Part shown: one piece after another, positions 48,886-61,611 of the stretch
How positions within the stretch are numbered: the stretch's first letter is position 1
How the letters are laid out: each line of letters begins with the position of its first letter
Source: Sminthopsis crassicaudata
Lineage: Eukaryota
Assembly: GCF_048593235.1 (NCBI RefSeq)
Contig: NC_133618.1
Coordinates: forward strand, 204,962,221-205,026,220
Reading direction: 5' to 3'
DNA length: 64,000 nucleotides
The notes under the pieces: model-generated
Database searches by the model: none
Seen by the model: only the letters and a program-made list of their open reading frames with translations
What the model was told of the DNA's origin: nothing
Translations under genes and position numbers: made by a program

Positions 48886-51800
48886 CCACAAATAAGTCAT
48901 TTTAAGCATTCCCTAAACAACTTTCTTTGTCTTCCAGGAGCCTCATAACTAATATGTGGGAAAAGGTGGGACTCACATCCTTGTCTTCCTGACCCAAAAG
49001 TAATCTTTCTATTCTCTAGTCCAAAAATTTTACATATAAAGAAATTGAGGCTCCAAGAGGCTAAAAGGCATGCCCCAAATCACTTAGATGCATATGAGGA
49101 GCTTCAATCCTAGACCCTCTAACTTCAGTTCCAGCACTTTCCCCTACTTTACACTTCCTCTCCCTTCTGATAAGGCATATCTGTTCTGAGCTTAAAGCTT
49201 TCCATGGCAGATCCTGAATTCAGCTCCTTTGATAACTCTAGCCATTGCAGGCTCATCTCTTTATCAATAAGTAAGCTCTACTCTTTTAATTCCTCCTAGT
49301 TCATTTTATCACCAGAGCAGAGCAGGATTGATATGCAAATAGCACCTCTTTCAATAGACTTAGTCTGTCCTGGAAAGGGAGGGAGTAGGCACCCTCATTC
49401 ACCTGACCACCTGAACAAACTCTGATTTCCTGATGGAGGATACTAATGATTACACACCTGGGTGGAAGGAAGACATCCTTTGAAGACACTAAATGGAGTA
49501 GAGATGTGAGTTTCCCTACTAGTATCTCCAGACTTCCAGGTAAATATGCTGATGTCTCCTAAAGGTTGAAGGGTTCCTTCCTTCACCTGGGACCTTTTCA
49601 TTATTACTTTTACTTACTATTTTATACTATATCACTAAAGAGATGTTATAGATCATTTATTCATTTATTTATTAAGATCACATAAGTAGTAAATGACCAC
49701 ATATAGGTTCTGTAGGCAGCACAGGACAGGTGTGCCTTGATGTGATGACACACCTTGATGTGAGTGTGATCCGTAGTCCTTCCCACCAAGAAGAGCCAAG
49801 GAAAATACACCTTCCAAGGTAAGCAGGCAGACTGGGCAGATATTCTATGCATGGCTTGAAAGGATCAGAGATATAAAATTCATTTTCTACTCATCTACAC
49901 TCTTTTTTGGATTTTTGACATTTCCACCATGCCCCTAGGAACTTCATCATTGGGAAATCTCATCATCCTGTAAGATCCAATCAGCCTTAATACTCACATC
50001 TCATCAGTACCCTCTGCAGCTCTGATGAAGTGTGAAGCCATAAACTCCTCAACTTTTCCTCCTGTTTATAAATGTCATTAAAAAAAAAAAAAATCTCTAA
50101 TAGGCCTTGTAACACATAATCCAAAAAAGGGCAGTCCAACTTTCAGGAAGGAGCAGAAGATGAGCATCTCATTTCCTATCTTGTTATATTCATTTGTTTT
50201 GTTTTATTTTTTGCCTTTTCCACCATGTCCCCAAACTAGATACTCTCCCATTCACCTGCATTCATTCTTTTATGTGTTGTCTTAGTCCCTCTCCCCACTT
50301 ACATTGTAAATAGTTTGAGTACAGAAATTACCTTTTTCCCCCCTTTTTGTACCCCCAGCATTTAACACATAATAGATGCTTGTTAAATGGTTATTGACTT
50401 GACAAGAGATGGAAGGGCCCTCAAAAGCCACCTAGCCTAATTGCCTAACTTGACAATATAAAAAGTGAGTCCCAGAGAAGTTGAATAACTTTCCTAAAAT
50501 CACACAGATAGTAAAGTCAATGTTTGAACCTACATTTTTTACTTCCAAATCTAACACCTTCATAGCACCAAGCCAGTGCAGTCAAATAAGCAATTACAAA
50601 GTGATTTCTATGTGTATTATCAATACAAGGTAATAGCCATTTTTTTCAAAACCAGAAGAAAAACACTCAAGGACCTTATATCCTATTGGGAAATTGAGCA
50701 AATACACAGACCTATAAACAAAAGATAATTAAAAGAGAGAGTGAGTAATAAATGTGAAGAAAGTCTTCCCATAAGAGATCAGACTTGAGGGGAACTTAAA
50801 GCAAGCTTGCCTTGCACCCCTAAGGGAACTAAGTAATTCTCTAATAGTTTAAGTTTCAGAGCAGGTAGGCCCCCTACCCATAACATCCAATTCTCGAACA
50901 CCACTTTCTACTTCCCACTTAAAAAGATAAAATAAAATAAAGATACTCTGAAACCCAAATTGAGCAGCTTGCACAATATTATGTGATGCAGATGCAGAAT
51001 CCAACCCCCATATCTCTGTGAGCTCCTTCACTACCATTCAAAGATCCTTTTTATATAGAATGATTTTCTGAGGAGGAGAAAGAGGAGAGTGAAATTTAGC
51101 TAATATAAAAACCAAAAAATATCAGTAAGTAGGTTTTTGTTGTTATTATTATGGGAGAAACAAGGGTGTTGCTTTTAAGAAAAATAACATTCATAGGATT
51201 CTAGGAATTGAATCCAGAAGGAACTTTAGAGATCAGAGAGATGTATTTTGGAAATATGGGGCATAGGTAGAGAGGAGAGTACCAGACACATATGTTTAAC
51301 CCCATCCTTGTTCTCACCAAGCAGGTAGATACTTGCAGTGTCATCTTGACAGGTGAATGAAAAGAAGAGCAGATGCTTCAAATATACACACACCTGACTA
51401 TATACATGCATACACCTACATGCATAAACACGTGCATCTATATATGTACCCCTAAATATACCTACCTGCACATACAAACATACATACCCACAATCTACCT
51501 ACATATATATGGCTACCTAGCTGCATATAGTTATAAAAATATGCACACAGTTGGATGCATACACACATATCTTACATGCACATATACCACATATATGCAA
51601 CCAACAGACTCAAAATTTGAGTCTGAAATCCAGGTTCTGGTTATGTCACATTCTGGCATCCCCCAAAAAATTGCACATCTTGGCAAAGGGCAAGTGGATC
51701 TTTGCCAGGAAACAGCCAACCAGGCCAGCACTACAAGGACTTGGCAAGAGACCAATTACCCCACACTGGCTAGGGGCATTATCATGGGGAAGAAAGGTAA

Positions 51801-52329
51801 GTTGATGGCTGGGAATAGCTTCAAGGGGGCTAGTCTCTCCCTAGAATTCAGGTTTTCGTCTGCCAATCTGAAACTTCAAAGATCAGTTTATTCAGGGGGT
51901 AATCAAGCCTTGGGAAAACTGGCTTGTACCACCCAAGTCTACATGAGACTGATTTGCACCGGATAACTGACTTAATAAGTGCTGTCAAGTGGGCTGTTAG
52001 GTTGGTCCATTGATATACTCCCTTCCCCAAAGGGAAGTATTCTTGGGAAATCAAATTAAGACCAGTATAATTACAAGCCCAAACCCAAACTCCCTATTCT
52101 CATAGGTCTCCTGTACCTAAATCATGGCCATTTAGCCTCCATCTGCAGAAGCAATTCTATCCCAGGTTCTGGGACAAAGTCAAACTCATAACAGGGGAGA
52201 TATAAGAACTCTTAGATGGTAGGATGCTAGGCTTGGAGATGAAAGGGATCTCAGAGAAACTTCTAGGCTAATTTGTTCATCTTACAAATGAGGAAACTGA
52301 TGTCTTAGAAAGTTAAATCAAATGTCCCA

Positions 52330-53230
52330 ATATTACTGAATGCCAAATAAAATTTAAATTCCTCCATCTGCCATTCAAGATCTTCTATAATCTGATACTG
52401 CCCTTACTCTCTACTTTTATCTTATACAACTCCCCCACGGTCTCTAAATTAGGTCAAATTGAATAATCTCTTTCCCTTGAATATGTAAAAAACTATAAGC
52501 CTCTATATATCTGTGTAAGCAATTCCTAAAGAATGGAATACCTTCTCTTTTCTACTTCACCTATTAATTTTCCTACCCATCCTTTAAATTCCCATTCAAA
52601 TGTCATCTTCAAGAAGTCTTTCTTAGTCAACTCCAGCCAGTAACAACCTCCCCATTATACTTCACAGGAGACATTTTTAACGCTATAATGTGAGATTTAT
52701 TACACAATATCTTTCTTTACACTCTCAACTAGCCTACTTTGTCATGTACTATCTCTGTGCCTTTGTATATACTCCTCCTGCCACTATCTAGCAGGAACTC
52801 CCTTTTCATCTTACTTCTTAGAATTCCTAGTTTCCTTTTAAATTTCAGGTCATATGCTATTTTCTAAGATGAAACCTTTTCTGATCTTCCCAACTGCTTT
52901 CCTTACTCCCTACTCCCCCACTAAAAAAAAAAATTGCATTTACTTTTGTGATTATTTTCCATATACTTCATGTTTACATGTTATTTCCTTCCAGTAGAAT
53001 ATAAATTCCTTAAGGATATGGATTGCTTTAATTTTGTTTTTATATTCCCACTACCTAGCACAGCGCCTAGCACTTAATTAATGCTTATAGATCGATTGTG
53101 TTGACATGTTCTCTCTCTTAGAATATAAATTCTTAAAGGGAAGGGAATAGGTATTACTTCAATTTTGTGTCTCCCAGTGTGCTTTATATACAAATAGGTA
53201 TTTAGTCAATGTTTTTCTTATTGTCTTGCA
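52330..53230 (+). mobile_element. L2 3' fragments (including two tandem 3' ends)
   Basis: Pyrimidine-rich L2 body, with agaatataaattc.tta.gg...cctagcac...aatgctt tails at about 52990-53090 and 53110-53225. Confidence 0.7.
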
Positions 53231-53614
53231 TTGAATTGTCTAAAGTCACACAGATAATAAAGCATTTCCAGAATTCCATGGCTGGACCCACTTTAATTTT
53301 AGTCATAAATTCAGTTCCCATGAACTGAACATTTGCTCTATGACTAAACCTCCTCACCTTCTATCCCAACTCTAGTAATCAAGTTTTGTCTTTCTCCAAC
53401 CACTCTTTACCAGCACTTGATGTCCCAAGTTACATCTAGATCTATCTAGGGACTCCAGACATTCAGAATTGAAATTAATCCTGATTTCCATGAATAGGAC
53501 CCAGCCACTAGCAGCCAGTCCCTTCTGATACCACAATATCTCTGCCTCCCAGCAAGATAAAGCATTTCCCTTGTGCCTGCTCTATTCCCTTATTCAACTA
53601 ATCAACACCTGGCT

Positions 53615-53850
53615 CCCTTGTTCAGTCATGTTCAGTCTTGTCCAATTCTTTGTGACCCCATTTGAGTTTTCTTGGCAAAGATACTCAATGTTTTTCCATT
53701 TCCCTCTCCAGCTCATTTTACAGATTAGGAAATGGAGGCAAAGTGGGTAAAGTGTCTTACTTCAGATCACACATCTAGAAAGTGTCTGAGACCAGATTTT
53801 AATTCAGGAAGGTAAATTTTCCTGATTCCAGGCCAAGTACTCTATCTACC
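53615..53850 (-). mobile_element. MAR1-type SINE
   Basis: ttgttcagtc...tctttgtgaccccatttgagttttcttggcaaagatac...ctccagctcattttacaga. Confidence 0.85.
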
Positions 53851-55025
53851 TAGCTACCCAGAATTACCTTTACCTGTGACCGGATTCCCCTGACATCATA
53901 CTCTAGCACATGCATCTCCCTAACACAAGCTACATTTCAATTCATTATTCCCAGATGCCCTTAATGTTACCTACTTCCTCCTACTCCTTACTGCTAGAAA
54001 CTTCCCAGATCACCTGTTCTGCCTCAAAAACCTCCAAGGGTATCTGGTAAATCTATAGAAGCAAAACAAGGAAGTGATATATAGATATGAACCTGCCCAA
54101 GTTGGCCATAATTCCATTCAGTACTTGAACCCCATCTTTCCAATATATATCCTATATTTCTCCTCCCATTCACCTTTTTAAAAATATTCTAAGCTGCTTT
54201 TTTTTTTTGGATCTATTTGATTGATGTTTTCATACAAAGAGTCCTAGAGTGCTAGAGACTCTAGGGGGTCTTAAAATGTGCTTTAATAGTCTTTATTTTC
54301 AAATGGGTTCCACTGGGGAGGCTGTGTTTCTATTACTAGAATCTAAAGTTCAATCAAGAGCCTCTGAGAACAGGGAACAACTTGGGTTAAGAGAACCATG
54401 GATAGCCTAGAAATGTTCTAGGAAAATCACTCCCAGAACAATCTGATCTAAGAGATCTGAAGGATCCATAGTAGATGGTCCTCTGTCAACCCCCAGTCTT
54501 CATCCTTCTCAAATGGGATTAAATGGGCTCATATCTCAATTCTTTTACTTACTATTATGTGACTTCCTCTCTAGAACACATTTTCCCCATCCTTAAAATA
54601 AGGGATTCAGATTAGATGATCTCTAAAGTTCCTACAGCATTAAGTCTGTGATCCCATGGAATAATGTCAGAATCCCCACAAAGAGAATTTAGAATGGTGG
54701 CCCTTAGAGCTGGAAGGGTCTTGTCCTGTCTTGGACACTTATTAATTTGTATGTCTTTGGAGAAAGAGTTCGCTTTTCCTCCTTAATATTAATTTAATGA
54801 AGATGAAAATGATTTTATTTATAAAGTCATAGATTTCAAGCTGAAAACTGAAAGCATCTAGTCCAAGCCATTCATTTTACAAGTGAAGAAATTGAGACCC
54901 AAAACAGTTAAAGTACTATATCTGACACTTAAGCACTGGCTTCCTTATAGGACACTCCTGCAGATGAAACCTGGCTAGACTAAAGGGAACTCTCATCGGT
55001 GGCTTTGGAAAAAATAATTCCATAG

Positions 55026-55027
<2 letters not shown>

Positions 55028-55087
<60 letters not shown>
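55028..55087. repeat. (TA)n microsatellite inside a hAT-type MITE remnant (right arm 55090-55215)
   Basis: Perfect TA run, followed by gggttccataaacttc...tgccaaaggggtccatgacac. Confidence 0.95.
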
Positions 55088-55091
<4 letters not shown>

Positions 55092-55932
55092 CAAATTGGT
55101 TTCCTTTATAGTGCTATATATTTTAAGAATTTAAAACCATGATTCCAAAAAGGGTTCCATAAACTTCAATAAATTGCCAAAGGGGTCCATGACACAGAAA
55201 ACATTATGAACCTTTGGTCTAATGCAAGTACCTCATTTCATAGATGGGGAAACTGAGGCCCACAGAAAGGAGTTATTCACTAACCATATAGAACATAAGT
55301 AGCACATTTGGGATTTGAACCCAGGTTTTCGATGGCAAATCTAGTGTTCTTTTCCCTCTGTAACACCATACACACAGATTACAAAATGACCAGAGAGGTT
55401 TAGATACCAAACCTAAAACTTATATTTAAGCCAAAAGTTTTTATCACCTCCTCTGGAAAAGGAGAAAAAAAAGAAAAAGAAAAGAAAGAAGAGAAAGAAG
55501 GAGGAAGGCGGGGAAGAAAAGTTGTCAGGCTGCTCAGTGCTCCAAGCTGTTTACTTTTAGAGTTTATCCATTCTTTATCATTATTATTTCAAGTCATATT
55601 TCTATAATCTTGTGAGGTTTACCAAGCATTTTCCTCACAACAACCCTTACAAGGAAGTTGTGCAGGTATTATTATTCCCATGTGAAAATCTCAGTACAAA
55701 AATCTTCTCTTTAAAAACTGTTTTTTTACAGCCAAGACCACAAGACTAAAAAGTTCCTCCTTGGAACAAGGCCATACTTACAAAGCAGGGGGAAAGCACA
55801 CACTCACACACACACAATGCAAGTAGGCGACCCCTGGTGAAGTCTTCCTGGAGGAGTTTTACCTGATGTGACCGTAAATTACAGGGGATTCGTGTAACTA
55901 TTGTGCTGCTCTCTTCAAAACACAGACATGAA

Positions 55933-55946
55933 GTTGCCATGGCAAC
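55933..55946. promoter_or_regulatory. RFX X-box (perfect palindrome GTTGCCATGGCAAC)
   Basis: Exact match to the optimal X-box consensus GTTRCYATRGYAAC in unique sequence. Confidence 0.65.
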
Positions 55947-57044
55947 CCTCACATCTGACATTACCTCAGAGAGACAGAGCACCTTTTAAAAGAAATTTAC
56001 TTAGTGATGTGTCATGTTAACTTCTGCACTTTCTACAGATTTTTCAGTAAAGGGGGCAGGTGAACCTTACTGCAAAACATGCTCAGAAAGCAATTTGGAA
56101 AGGCCTGCCAAAGCTGAACTGGATCCCTTCTGTCAATACTCCTTCCACCTGCCTTTGGGGAAAGGTAGGGCAGGGCAGGAAGAGACTGAGAGACAGAAAG
56201 AAACAGAGACGGAGACACCGAGAGAATGACAGAGACAAACAGAGCGTAGAGCCAGATCCTGGGGCCTCTCAGCTACTGAGCTAAGGAAAGCCAAATGAAA
56301 TTGCAAAACCGGTCCCATCGGAAGGTCTTTGTGAATGTTCCAATGTTTATAAAGGATGCAAAGATGGACATGAGACAGGATCACGTGGGGGACAGAGTGC
56401 TGGGCTTTGAGGTTGTAAGACACGACACCAAATTCAACATCTGACATTAACTATGTGATCCTGGAGAAGTCATTTAATTATTAAGCCCTGAGAACACTCC
56501 CTGACACTTACTTACTAAGTCCCCACTGCTGGAGTCTCCCACACAGATTCTGCCTATAATTTATGTAGATATCTGGTTGTGTCCCTAAAATCCAGCGCTG
56601 GGAACATAGTAGACAGTCAGGGAATAATTATTAATTGATAGGCAGTACAAAGGTAGACATGTTCAGGAAATCCCAGTAATCATAACAATAATACTAAGAT
56701 AGAGCAAAGGTGCTTGCAATTTAAAAGGAGTTTTAAAATACATCACACCAATTTCTACTTTGCATTATTGGTAGGAAGCTTATGGCTTTTGTTACTCCAA
56801 GAAATGGTACAGGCTCAAATAAATAATAAAGAAAGGTGAAATTATATTTGCTAATTATCATTAGACTATTATGGGAACTACATTAATCAATAACCATTTA
56901 TTAAATTATGTGCCAGGTACTGTGATAAATGTTGGATACAAAAAAAGGCAAAAGACAGGTTTTTTCCCTCAAGGAACTTACATTCTAATGGAGGGACTCA
57001 CAATCTAATTCCTTCTGAATCCTCGTCCTGGAATACCCATGATC

Positions 57045-57130
57045 TAAGTTTTCAATAAGGCATTTGACAAATTCCTTAAGCTGTACTTACGATGATTGAG
57101 ATGTGGGCTCAATGATAATACAGTGCAGAT
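57045..57130 (+). mobile_element. CR1/L3 RT fragment
   Basis: ttc aat aag gca ttt gac aaa encodes FNKAFDK, matching the CR1 DFSKAFDK motif. Confidence 0.55.
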
Positions 57131-57404
57131 ACCTCATAGATGGCACTATATCAATCTGGCTGTGCGAGATGCTGGGGATCCCTGTGGAAAGCCTGTGTGC
57201 CATAATGGCTAAATGATTGACTTTGGAATCAGGAAAATCGGGTTCAAGTTTTGTTTCTTATACATTCTTGTTATGTGGCGACAGAAAAGATACTGGACTT
57301 CTTACATAAATCAGCCCTCTAAACCCAGCTGTGTTCCACTAAACCTTCCCAAGATCACAAAGCTAGTCTATAGTAGTTTTTGAAACCAAGTCTCTTGATG
57401 TTAG

Positions 57405-57590
57405 GGGCAACAAGATGGCACAGTGAAGGCATCAGGAAGTCAGAAAAATTCATCTTTCTGAGTTTCTGCCTCGGTTTCCTCATCTGCAAAATAAGCTGGA
57501 AAAGAAAATAGCAAAACATTCCAGTGTTTTTGCCAAGAAAACGGGGTCATGCAGTATTAGACATGAACGAAACAACTAAGCAATAACAAC
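57405..57590 (+). mobile_element. MAR1-type SINE
   Basis: ggggcaacaagatggcacagtg head, cctcggtttcctcatctgcaaaat core, ccagtgtttttgccaagaaaacggggtca...aacaac RTE tail. Confidence 0.85.
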
Positions 57591-58032
57591 AACTCTTAAA
57601 TTTAAGCCTAACATTTTATCCACAATATTAAAAATGTTGAAAACATACTCCCCAGTGTAACTTGGACTAGATTAAAATGTAACTGATTAAAATGTAATTA
57701 ATGTAATTAAAATCTAAAATGTTAATGTTTTACAAAATAAATTAAAATACAATAAAATATAGATAACATTACATTTTAAAACTGCAAATATGTGGCCCAC
57801 AGGTATCTTTATTTACAAATTGTTTCCATGGGAGTTTAACACCATGCTGTAATTCATCTAGTCTTGAGTCATTAAATAGTTTGCAGAACTCATGTCATGC
57901 AGAGTCATGCAGAATTCCCTTAAATGGGAAAGGGAATAAGCATTTAAGCACCTACTATATGTCCTACAGTGTAATAAGTGTTTTACAAATTTTATTTTAT
58001 TTGAACTACCCAGATTGTTGTCCTTTGTTCTC

Positions 58033-58187
58033 TTTTTTCTTTCCCCCTGAGGCAGTTGGGGTTAAGTGACTTGCCCAGGATCAGTCACACAGCTAGGAAG
58101 TGTTAAATGTCTGAGACCAGATTTGAACTCAGATCCTCCTGACTTGAGGGCTGGTGTTCTATCCACTGCACTATCTAGCTGCCCTTT
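58033..58187 (-). mobile_element. WSINE1 inserted into the tail of a WALLSI-type element, 15-bp TSD
   Basis: TSD TTGTCCTTTGTTCTC (58018-58032) / TTGTTCTTTGTTCTC (58188-58202). Confidence 0.9.
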
Positions 58188-58660
58188 TTGTTCTTTGTTC
58201 TCAAAGAAGACCCAAGATCTCAGAAAAGTGATACTGGGAGACTTGCAAGTGAATTGGATTGAAATGAGTCAGGGCCATACAAAACCATCAGCCTCACTCT
58301 CTCTTCCAGCATCACTGAAGTCTAGTGGTAAAACACAGACCAGTATGATTGGAGACAACATTGGATATAATGAGAGACTTCAGCCTTTTTAAGCTAAGGT
58401 CTTTCCCAGATCTCAGTTAGTCTAAGGACCCATTCGGTGAGTAAAACTAGGTAAAAAAATAAGACAAAAAATGGCCTCTCTCACCTACTCAAAAAAAATA
58501 AAATCAGTCTGGGAGGGAAAGACTAGGAGTTTCTAGCCAGAATTTTACACTCACTCTGAGGGAACAAAACCCAAATAATGACCAACTGAGGCTTGGGTTG
58601 GGGCCCATTATTAACCAGTCAATGAGAGCCAGAGTGATTTGGGTTTAAGATATAGTCAAA
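58188..58660 (-). mobile_element. RTE-derived WALLSI-type element, longest copy in the window
   Basis: gacttgcaagtgaattggatt, cctttttaagctaaggtctttcccag, aatgagagccagagtgatttgggtttaag. Confidence 0.8.
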
Positions 58661-58928
58661 TCGATCCATTTGAATATGAATTAGCTTTATCAGAACCTGG
58701 TTTAACCGAGCTCTATTTTAAGAAATTCATACACACATACATACATACATATATATTTATATATACATATGCACACATATAAGGAAAAAAGCAAGAAAAC
58801 AGCATTGCCCAAGTGGAACTGACCAGTTGGGTCCCGGATGCAGCTACTTTTACTCATAGGTGGTTGTTTATCCTTCTGCTCTCAAAAAGGCCCAATCTTG
58901 AACTACACAATGACCCTCTAAGATATGT

Positions 58929-59085
58929 NNNNNNNNNNNNNNNNNNNNNNNNNNNNNNNNNNNNNNNNNNNNNNNNNNNNNNNNNNNNNNNNNNNNNNNN
59001 NNNNNNNNNNNNNNNNNNNNNNNNNNNNNNNNNNNNNNNNNNNNNNNNNNNNNNNNNNNNNNNNNNNNNNNNNNNNNNNNNNNNN
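58929..59085. other. assembly gap (N-run)
   Basis: Run of N. Confidence 0.99.
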
Positions 59086-61492
59086 TGGAAAGCCCTCAGT
59101 TTTTAACTCAGTCAACCAAGCACCCACAGAAAAAGAAATACTGGAGTTAGTGTTCTAGTGTCAACTTCCTGTCAATTAGCTGTGTAACTTTTAAGCAGAT
59201 CATTTACCATTCCAGGGCATTAGCTTATTTCTCAGTAAAATGAACCAGTTGGATTGAGATCTAAGGTCCCTTTCAACTCTAACAATCTCCAAATCTTCAA
59301 ATCTGTTTAATTTATCCCCGAAGAATATATAGCACTGTTCTAGGTCCAGAACCAATATAAAATGCACTAGAAAAGCCAGTTTGGTTGGTGAATGAAGTAG
59401 AGTCCAGAAAAGGAGGCCAAGGGAAAAGGTCAAATGTTTGCCAGGAGCAGAAATGCCACTGAAAGAACAAGTTTCAGCAAACAAAGCAGATACCAAGTGA
59501 GGAATCCCTGCATTTCTGATATAGTATTCATGTTGATAGCATCCAACCAGCATTTATTATAGGTCTGCTATGTGTCCAGGAATGGTGCTAAATGCTGGGA
59601 GAAATAGTCCTTACCTTCAAGGAACTTACATTCTACTGAGGAAAACCAGATGCATATAGATAAGTAAATAAAAAATATATGCAAGAATAAATACAAAGTA
59701 ATTCCATGCATGGGGGAGGGAACTAGCTGAAGCTTAAGGAACTAAAAATATAACATTTTATAATGCCAATTAATGATTGTAAAAGTGGCAAATATTTGTA
59801 AACAGAATTCTTACAAAGTCTTCTTTTTTGTTTAATAATTACTATGTAGAGAAAGTCAAGACCTCATACACACACATTCACTCACACTAACAACAACCCA
59901 GATGTTATTGCATTTGAATATAGAATTCCTGGAGAAATCAAAGCTTGGGGGATAAAGTTGGGGGGGAGGGGGGAGGATGGAGAGAAGAAAATCTTCAAAG
60001 ATCTATCTATTCCTACCTTCATTAAGCACCAAGGTATGCTAAGTACTATCTCAGCAGCCAGGAAGTTTAAGGGAGGCAAGGTCCTTTCCTTCAAGGATCT
60101 TACAGATTTGTTGAGAGGATATGGTAACACAAAAATGAATCAATGGAATTAATGGCATTTTCCTTATTCCCAATTATTTACAACCCAAGTAAGTTTCCTA
60201 AATTGCAATAGAAGAGATTTGGAAGAGACATAAGGATGGACTTCCTGAGGGCTGATTAAATGAGGAAAAGACAAATGAAAAAAACAGCATTCTCTTCCAC
60301 ATAAAGAATACAATAAGACGTATGAAATGCTAATATGTGGTTATTTATGTATTATGTCAAAATTTCCATTTAAGTTTGATACCATATAGTCTAGTGACTA
60401 AATCAAGCTCTCTGTCTGTCTCTGTCTCTGTCTCCTGTATGTGTGTTTCTTTGTGTTTCTCTGTATCTATGTATGTCTCTCTCTGACTCTGATTTTGTCT
60501 CTCTGTCTCGGTGTGTCTCTCTGTCTCTGTCTTTCTGTGTGTCTCTCTTCATTATCATGTTTTATAATTTCATCAATTAGAAGTGAAAGAGACTTCAGAG
60601 ATCAAATAATAACAGTTTCCTCCTCATGTACGAAGGAACGAGGTGGTACAAAGGATAGAACTCTGAGACTAGAGTCAGGAAGAATTGAGTTCAAATTTGA
60701 ACTCAGACACAAGCTGTGTGACTCTGGGCAAGTCAATTAATCTCTGCCTCAGTTTCTTCACCCTTAAAATGTAGACAATAGTACTTACCTCCCAGGATTG
60801 TCATGAGGATCAAATAAGGTAGTAATTGTAAAGCACGTAGCACAATGTCTGACCTCATAGTTAGTGTATAAAAATCTTAGCTATTATTATTATTACAGGT
60901 AAATTGAAGACAGTAGATATGTTTTTTGACTCTGAATACTGATCTCTAAGTACCTTCTAAACTCATGACCCTCATGACTAAACTAAAAAAAGTTAAAGGG
61001 ACCCCATGATTTTTTCCCCTTTTAGTAGCATTCTCATTTAGCAATTATGGAAACCCTTAGTCATTCAGTGAGCCCAGGGATCTGACTGTAAGACACTTCC
61101 TTGACATGGCAGAAAGCACAGTATTTCACTCAATAAGCCAGGCAGAGATTTGGCAGTTTGAGTTTATCTAACAGTGGAAATCCCATAATGTCAGAGGGGA
61201 ATGGATCATGGCATCTTGGGACTTAGAGTTACAAGGAACCTTTGGAGGCATCTAGTTCAATCTCTTCAAGGAACAACTGATGAGTGTAAATAGGAACAAT
61301 TGATAAGTATAAATAGCAGATCTAAATTTGGATCCATGCCAAGGAAGAAGGAAAATCAGGGAAACAAAGAAGGGATCTACTATGAACAAGGCATTTTGCT
61401 AAGCACTTTACAAATGTTCTCTCATTTGATCCTCACAGGAGAGCAGTAGTCACTTAATTTTTGGCACATCTGAAGTATAATGTTTCTATAAT

Positions 61493-61611
61493 TTTTTTTA
61501 ATTTTTTTTTTGATGAGGCAATTGGGATTAAGTGTCTGAGGTGGGATTTGAATTCAGGTCCTCCTGACTTCAGGGGCAATGCTCTATCCATTGTGCCATC
61601 TAGTTGCTCCC
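61493..61611 (-). mobile_element. WSINE1 with internal 37-bp deletion and 7-bp TSD
   Basis: TSD CTATAAT at 61486-61492 and 61612-61618. The segment between the two TTAAGTG motifs is missing. Confidence 0.85.

Noticed and set aside
51373-51966. 197-aa ORF and a possible 163-nt exon (51634-51796)
   Set aside because: The first half is low-complexity ATAC-rich sequence. The acceptor lacks a pyrimidine tract and the peptide is unrecognisable, although the donor AAG|GTAAGT is strong.
57132-57149. CTCF-like site (tagatggcacta)
   Set aside because: The 5' half mismatches, it borders a CR1 fragment, and it resembles SINE head sequence.
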